Shown: piece by piece, positions 59,481 through 64,000 of the stretch
How the letters are laid out: the number at the start of each line of letters is the position of its first letter
How positions within the stretch are numbered: the first letter of the stretch is position 1
Origin: Octopus vulgaris
Taxonomy: Eukaryota
Direction of reading: 5' to 3'
Length of the DNA stretch: 64,000 bases
NCBI GenBank assembly: GCA_951406725.2
Contig: OX597814.1
Coordinates: forward strand, 67,208,001-67,272,000
Notes under the pieces: generated by a model
Told to the model about the DNA's origin: nothing
The model's database searches: none
What the model saw: the letters and a program-made list of their open reading frames with translations, nothing else
Translations under genes and position numbers: made by a program

Positions 59481-60344
59481 TATTTTAACTGTGTAATGTT
59501 ATAGGCTGCAGAATAAATACTAACACAGTAAAAAGGTTGTGCGGCGTTGAATACGCACACTGATAAAGCAGTATAGCAGGAATATAATAAGGACGCTGGC
59601 ACTGTTAAAAATGCATTATCTTCAAACTGGTTATAAGGACTGGAACAACATTCCTGTAATTATATTGGAAGAACCGTTGAGGCTTTCTACTTCGCAATGT
59701 TTCCAAATTTGTTATAATAAAGAGAATAACATTTTTTTTCAGATATATTTACGAGTGTTGTGAGTGCTGTCAAATTAGCCAAATCTTCATGTTGATTATA
59801 AAAACCAGTATAATATTTCAGCACAAAAGTAGTGATGATAATCATTAATGCTGTTTAAACCGCAACTCTCCATGATGAAAAGGAAAAACGTTGTTCATTC
59901 AACGTCCAGGCCGCAACTAAATTAAGCACTTTCAAAATCGGTGCGTTTCACTGTTGGGTGGCACAATCACATACATATACTAAGACAAACACAGTCATAG
60001 ATTCACATACATCTCAGGCCTATCTCTATCCCTCTGTGCGTCTGTCTCTGGCTCTAAATGTATGTGTGAGACAGTCGTCACAAAAATGTATGTGCACTGA
60101 CACACTGACAGACACACACACACTCATATCTCATATAGGAAATGTGACGTTGTGGTAGGGGTAGTGGTATAAAATGTAGTTTACGATAGACGATTTAGAG
60201 AAAGATTAAAATATTAAATTTTTGTAATGCAAATATGTAAATAAAACTAAATTCCATTTGATATCTGAAAAATTACTGAATCTTTTGATACCTCATACAT
60301 CAAAATCGGCAACCCATATTTTAAATCTATAGGGAACATACATG

Positions 60345-60392
60345 CGCACGCACGCACGCACACACGCACGCACACACGCACGCACACACGCA

Positions 60393-60456
<64 letters not shown>

Positions 60457-60517
60457 CACTCTCTCTCTCTCTCTTTTATATATTAATACATATATATATA
60501 TACATATATATATGTAT
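60345..60517. repeat. Compound (CA/CGCA)n(CT)n(TA)n microsatellite
   Basis: Direct inspection. Confidence 0.95.
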
Positions 60518-63455
60518 GAATGAATGTTCGTCCTTCGGTTCGAAGATGACCAACTGACATCATCTGATGGAACTGGCGCCATGAGACCGGAGGTGGCTGG
60601 TGAGGCCAATCCGGGCAAGGAAGCCCCTCCCACAGGTGGGGCAGAAGTGGGTAGGGGCCGTGCTACTGGTGCAGGCGGCTCTGGCTTTACGCATCTGACG
60701 TTTCTGCTCCGCTGACCGAATCCGTCCCTCCTCGGCTGTCCCTGCTCCCACGGTGATTGCGCTGCGCCAGGATGAGCGGTTGGCAGCAAGTGTCTCCCAG
60801 GTCTCTGTTCCGATGGAGAAGTCTTTGAGAGAGACCTTGAGACTATCCTTGTAGCGCTTCTTCTGCCCTCCGACTTTGCGCCTGCCCTGGCCGAGTTCAC
60901 CGTAGTAGAGCTGTTTTGGGATGCGAGTGTCGGACATGCGGGAGACGTGGCCCGCCCATCTCAGCTGGGCCTTGCGCATGATTGTGATGGTGCTAGGGAG
61001 ATCTGCCTGCTTCAGAACTTCCGTGTCTGGGACTTTGTCCTGCCAGCGGATGTGAAGGAGGTTCCGAAGACACCTGAGATGGAAGTGGTTTATCTGGCGC
61101 TCGTGCCTTCGGTAAGCAGTCCCCGTCTCGCAGCCGTATAGTAGGGTGGTAAGCACGACTACCCGGTAGACTTTCAGCTTGGTGTTGAGGCTGATTCCTG
61201 TCCGCTCTCAGACTTTCTTTCGCAGTCTCCCAAACGCGCTGCTTGCCTTGGAGATTCTGTTGATGGTTTCAGCATCTATGTTGGCATTGCAGGAGAGAGT
61301 GCTGCCCAAGTAGGTGAAGTTTTCCACCACTCGTAGGATCCGTCCGTTCACCCTTATCTGAGGCTCATGGTATTGTTTGCCGGGGGCTGGCTGAAACATC
61401 ACTTCGGTTTTCTTGGCACTGATGGTGAGACCGAAGTTGTCACAGGCTGATGAGAACCTGTCCATCTCGAGCTGCATCTCCTGCTCATCGATTGCATTAA
61501 GGGCGCAGTCGTCAGCAAAGAGAAAGTCTCTGACGACCGTCTCCCTCACCTTTGTGACAGCCTGCAATCTTCTGGAGTTGAAAAGTTTCCCGTCTGTCCT
61601 GTACTTGATGTCGATACCGGACTTGCAGTCCCTAAAGGCGTCGGACAGCATTGCCGAGAACATGATGCTGAACAGTGTTGGGGCCAGGACACAGCCCTGC
61701 CTGACTCCGTTGGTCACCTGGAAGGCTTCAGATGAGTTGCCGTCTTCAAGGACTCTGGCTGTCATTCCGTCGTGGAACTGGCGGACAATTGCAATAAATT
61801 TGCTGGGGCAACCAAATTTTCCCATGACCTTCCATAGTCCCTCCCGACTGACTGTATCAAAGGCCTTGGTGAGGTCAACAAAGGTCATGCAGAGGTCAAG
61901 GTGCTGCTCCATGCATTTCTCCTGGAGCTGGCGGGCGGCGAATATCATGTCAGTGGTCCCTCGACCCGCGCGGAAGCCACACTGGCTCTCAGGGAGAAGG
62001 CCTTGCTCCAAGTGTTCCAGAAGGCGGTCAAGCAGGACCCGGGCCAGGATCTTGCCCGCTATGGACAAGAGGGAGATACCTCGGTGGTTGTCGCAGGACT
62101 GCCGATCTCCTTTCCGCTTATAAATGTGGACGATTGTTGCGTCCCGGAAATCTTGAGGGAGTTGTTCCCTGTCCCACATCGACTGGAACAGGCTGGTGAG
62201 CTGACTGATCATGGTGGGGCCGCCCGACTTGAACACCTCTGCAGGGATGGCGTCAGAGCCTGGAGCTTTGCCGGTGGACATTTTTTTGATGGCTCTGCTC
62301 ACTTCCTCGACTGCAGGGGGAACAGCCAACTCGTGGTTTGTCGGCACCTGGGGGAGTCGTGCGATGGCTTCCTCGTTGATCTGAGCTGGTCGGTTGAGCA
62401 CGATGTTGAAATGCTCCGCCCATCTCTCCAGGATCAGCCTCTTTTTAGTCAGGAGTGAGGTTCCATCCGAGCTGAGCAGGGGGTTGATCCAAAGGAGAAC
62501 TGCGGTCCATAGACAACTTTCAGCGCCTCGTAGAATTTCTTGGTGTCGTGTTTGTCTGCGTATCCCTGAATCTCATCCGCCTTGGCGCTTAACCATGCGT
62601 CTTGCATGAGGCGGAGTTTAGCCTGGACTGTGCTGCGAATGTTGTTGAAAGCGGCCTTCTTTGCCGTGCAGGTGGTGTCATTTTGGTGAGCCCGCAGCAG
62701 ACGGTGTTTCTCTTCCAGGAGCTTTTGGATTTCCTGGTCGTTTTCGTCGAACCAGTCCTGGTGGTTCCTCGTAACTTGGCCCAGAGTTTCAAGGGCGATG
62801 GAATGAACCGTGTCCCTGAATGATTCCCACTGTTCATCGATGCTGGACTGGTCACTCCGAATGTCCAACAGCTTGCTGTCCATACGTGACTGGAGATCTT
62901 GTGCAGTCAGCTGGTTCTTTAATTTCGTGATGTTAAGCTTCCTCGTCACTTTCTGACCCTGTGGTCTTCTCTTAGGTCGGATGTAGAAATCCATCCTGGA
63001 GATGATGAGGCGATGGTCCGTCCAGCAGTCAGCTCCGCACATGGCTTTGACCAGTCTCACGTCCCGCCTGTCTTTCGCCCTGACGATGACGTAATCTATC
63101 AGATGTCAGTGTTTGGAGCGTGGATGCATCCATGATGTCTTGTTGCGTGTTGGCAGACGGAACAAGGTGTTGGCGATGGTAAGATCATGAGAGGCACACG
63201 CACGCAGGAGGAGCTGTCCGTTGCTGTTGCACTTTCCGATTCCTTGCTTTCCCAGTACGCGATGCCAGGCTTGGTGGTCAGGTGGAGCTACTGGTAACAT
63301 GTAACCCAGTACAACCTGTTACATGGTCGGGTCGTTGGCGACTAAACTGGCAACCCCACCAAGATTTCTTGGTGAGGAGGGTGATTTGGACACCCAGCAG
63401 GACTAAAAACAAAACCTGTCAAAGGGCAGAGGAACTCTCTCATGAGTCAATGGCC
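60518..63455 (-). mobile_element. RTE (BovB-like) LINE, 5'-truncated, with a putative inverted 5' segment
   Basis: [60 protein letters not shown], and a C-terminal CPTC..SHLRSH. ATATATATGTAT flanks both ends (60506-60517 and 63456-63467). Confidence 0.88.
60560..63280 (-). pseudogene. RTE EN-RT ORF with stops and frameshifts
   Basis: Collinear pieces 63106-63280, 62449-63060, 61208-62401 and 60560-61156. Confidence 0.9.
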
Positions 63456-63551
63456 ATATATATGTATAAGGATGAAAAGGAACACACGAGTTGATATATA
63501 TGAAAAAACAAGTCAAGATAGAAAATGCTAGAATAATTTTATAAAGAACAT

Positions 63552-63594
63552 TTCAGTACCGGTTTCAGTCATTTTGAGACCTTTTCAACTGTAA
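63552..63594 (-). ncRNA. Minimal hammerhead ribozyme motif, U3-A8 core variant
   Basis: TTACAG TTGAAAA GGTC-TCAAAAT-GACT GAAA CCGG TA CTGAA. Stem I is CAG/CTG, stem II has 4 bp, stem III is the palindrome ACCGGT, and the triplet is GUA. Confidence 0.55.
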
Positions 63595-63779
63595 CGATTA
63601 AATAATTAAATTTAGAAAAATTAAAAGCAAAGTTTAAAAAAAAAAATATTTGTATAGTGTTCAAATATAAGTGGCATTTTCCTTGTTTCTGCCTTTCTCT
63701 GTCTCTCTTTAAAACCGCGACCTGTTCACTGACAAAAATCTGTGCTGCATCTGAGAAAGTAACAGTTAGTTCGTTATAT

Positions 63780-64000
63780 ATATGTACGTATGTATGTGTG
63801 TATGTATATATGCACGCATGTATGCATGTATGTATGTATGCATGTATGTATGTATGTATGTATGTATGTATGTATGTATGTATGTATGTATGTATGTATG
63901 TATGTATGTATGTATGTATGTATGTACGTACGTACGCCTGTGCGTATGTATGCGCGTATGTATGTATTTATGTATGTATGTAAGTATGTATGTATGTATG
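63780..64000. repeat. (TATG)n microsatellite
   Basis: Direct inspection. Confidence 0.95.

Overview
This is AT-rich, microsatellite-rich animal genomic DNA made up mostly of transposable elements. The SINE and LINE repertoire suggests a cephalopod, probably Octopus; that assignment is inference. The only recognisable host gene is a single-exon FUN14-domain (FUNDC1/2-like) ORF at 6793-7203. The largest feature is a head-to-tail array of three ~5.8 kb Tx1-clade LINEs sitting in a (TTA)n microsatellite (34.0-51.6 kb). Other non-LTR elements are an R4/Dong-type element with a restriction-like endonuclease, two CR1-group LINEs, three RTE-clade elements and a Penelope fossil. One RTE has a PHD-like finger inside its RT, and another has an apparent 5' inversion. 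There are also mariner and Helitron fragments, TTAA-flanked MITEs and many tRNA-derived SINEs. The most interesting signals are in non-coding sequence. Several minimal hammerhead ribozyme motifs are present, one downstream of a tRNA-derived Pol III head and one with a U3-A8 compensatory core. A trimeric SINE has a 3' tail matching the Tx1 3' end. The Tx1 5' UTR contains a conserved pseudoknot-like fold, and the inverted RTE 5' segment contains an HDV-like fold. All structure calls were made by eye and are untested.
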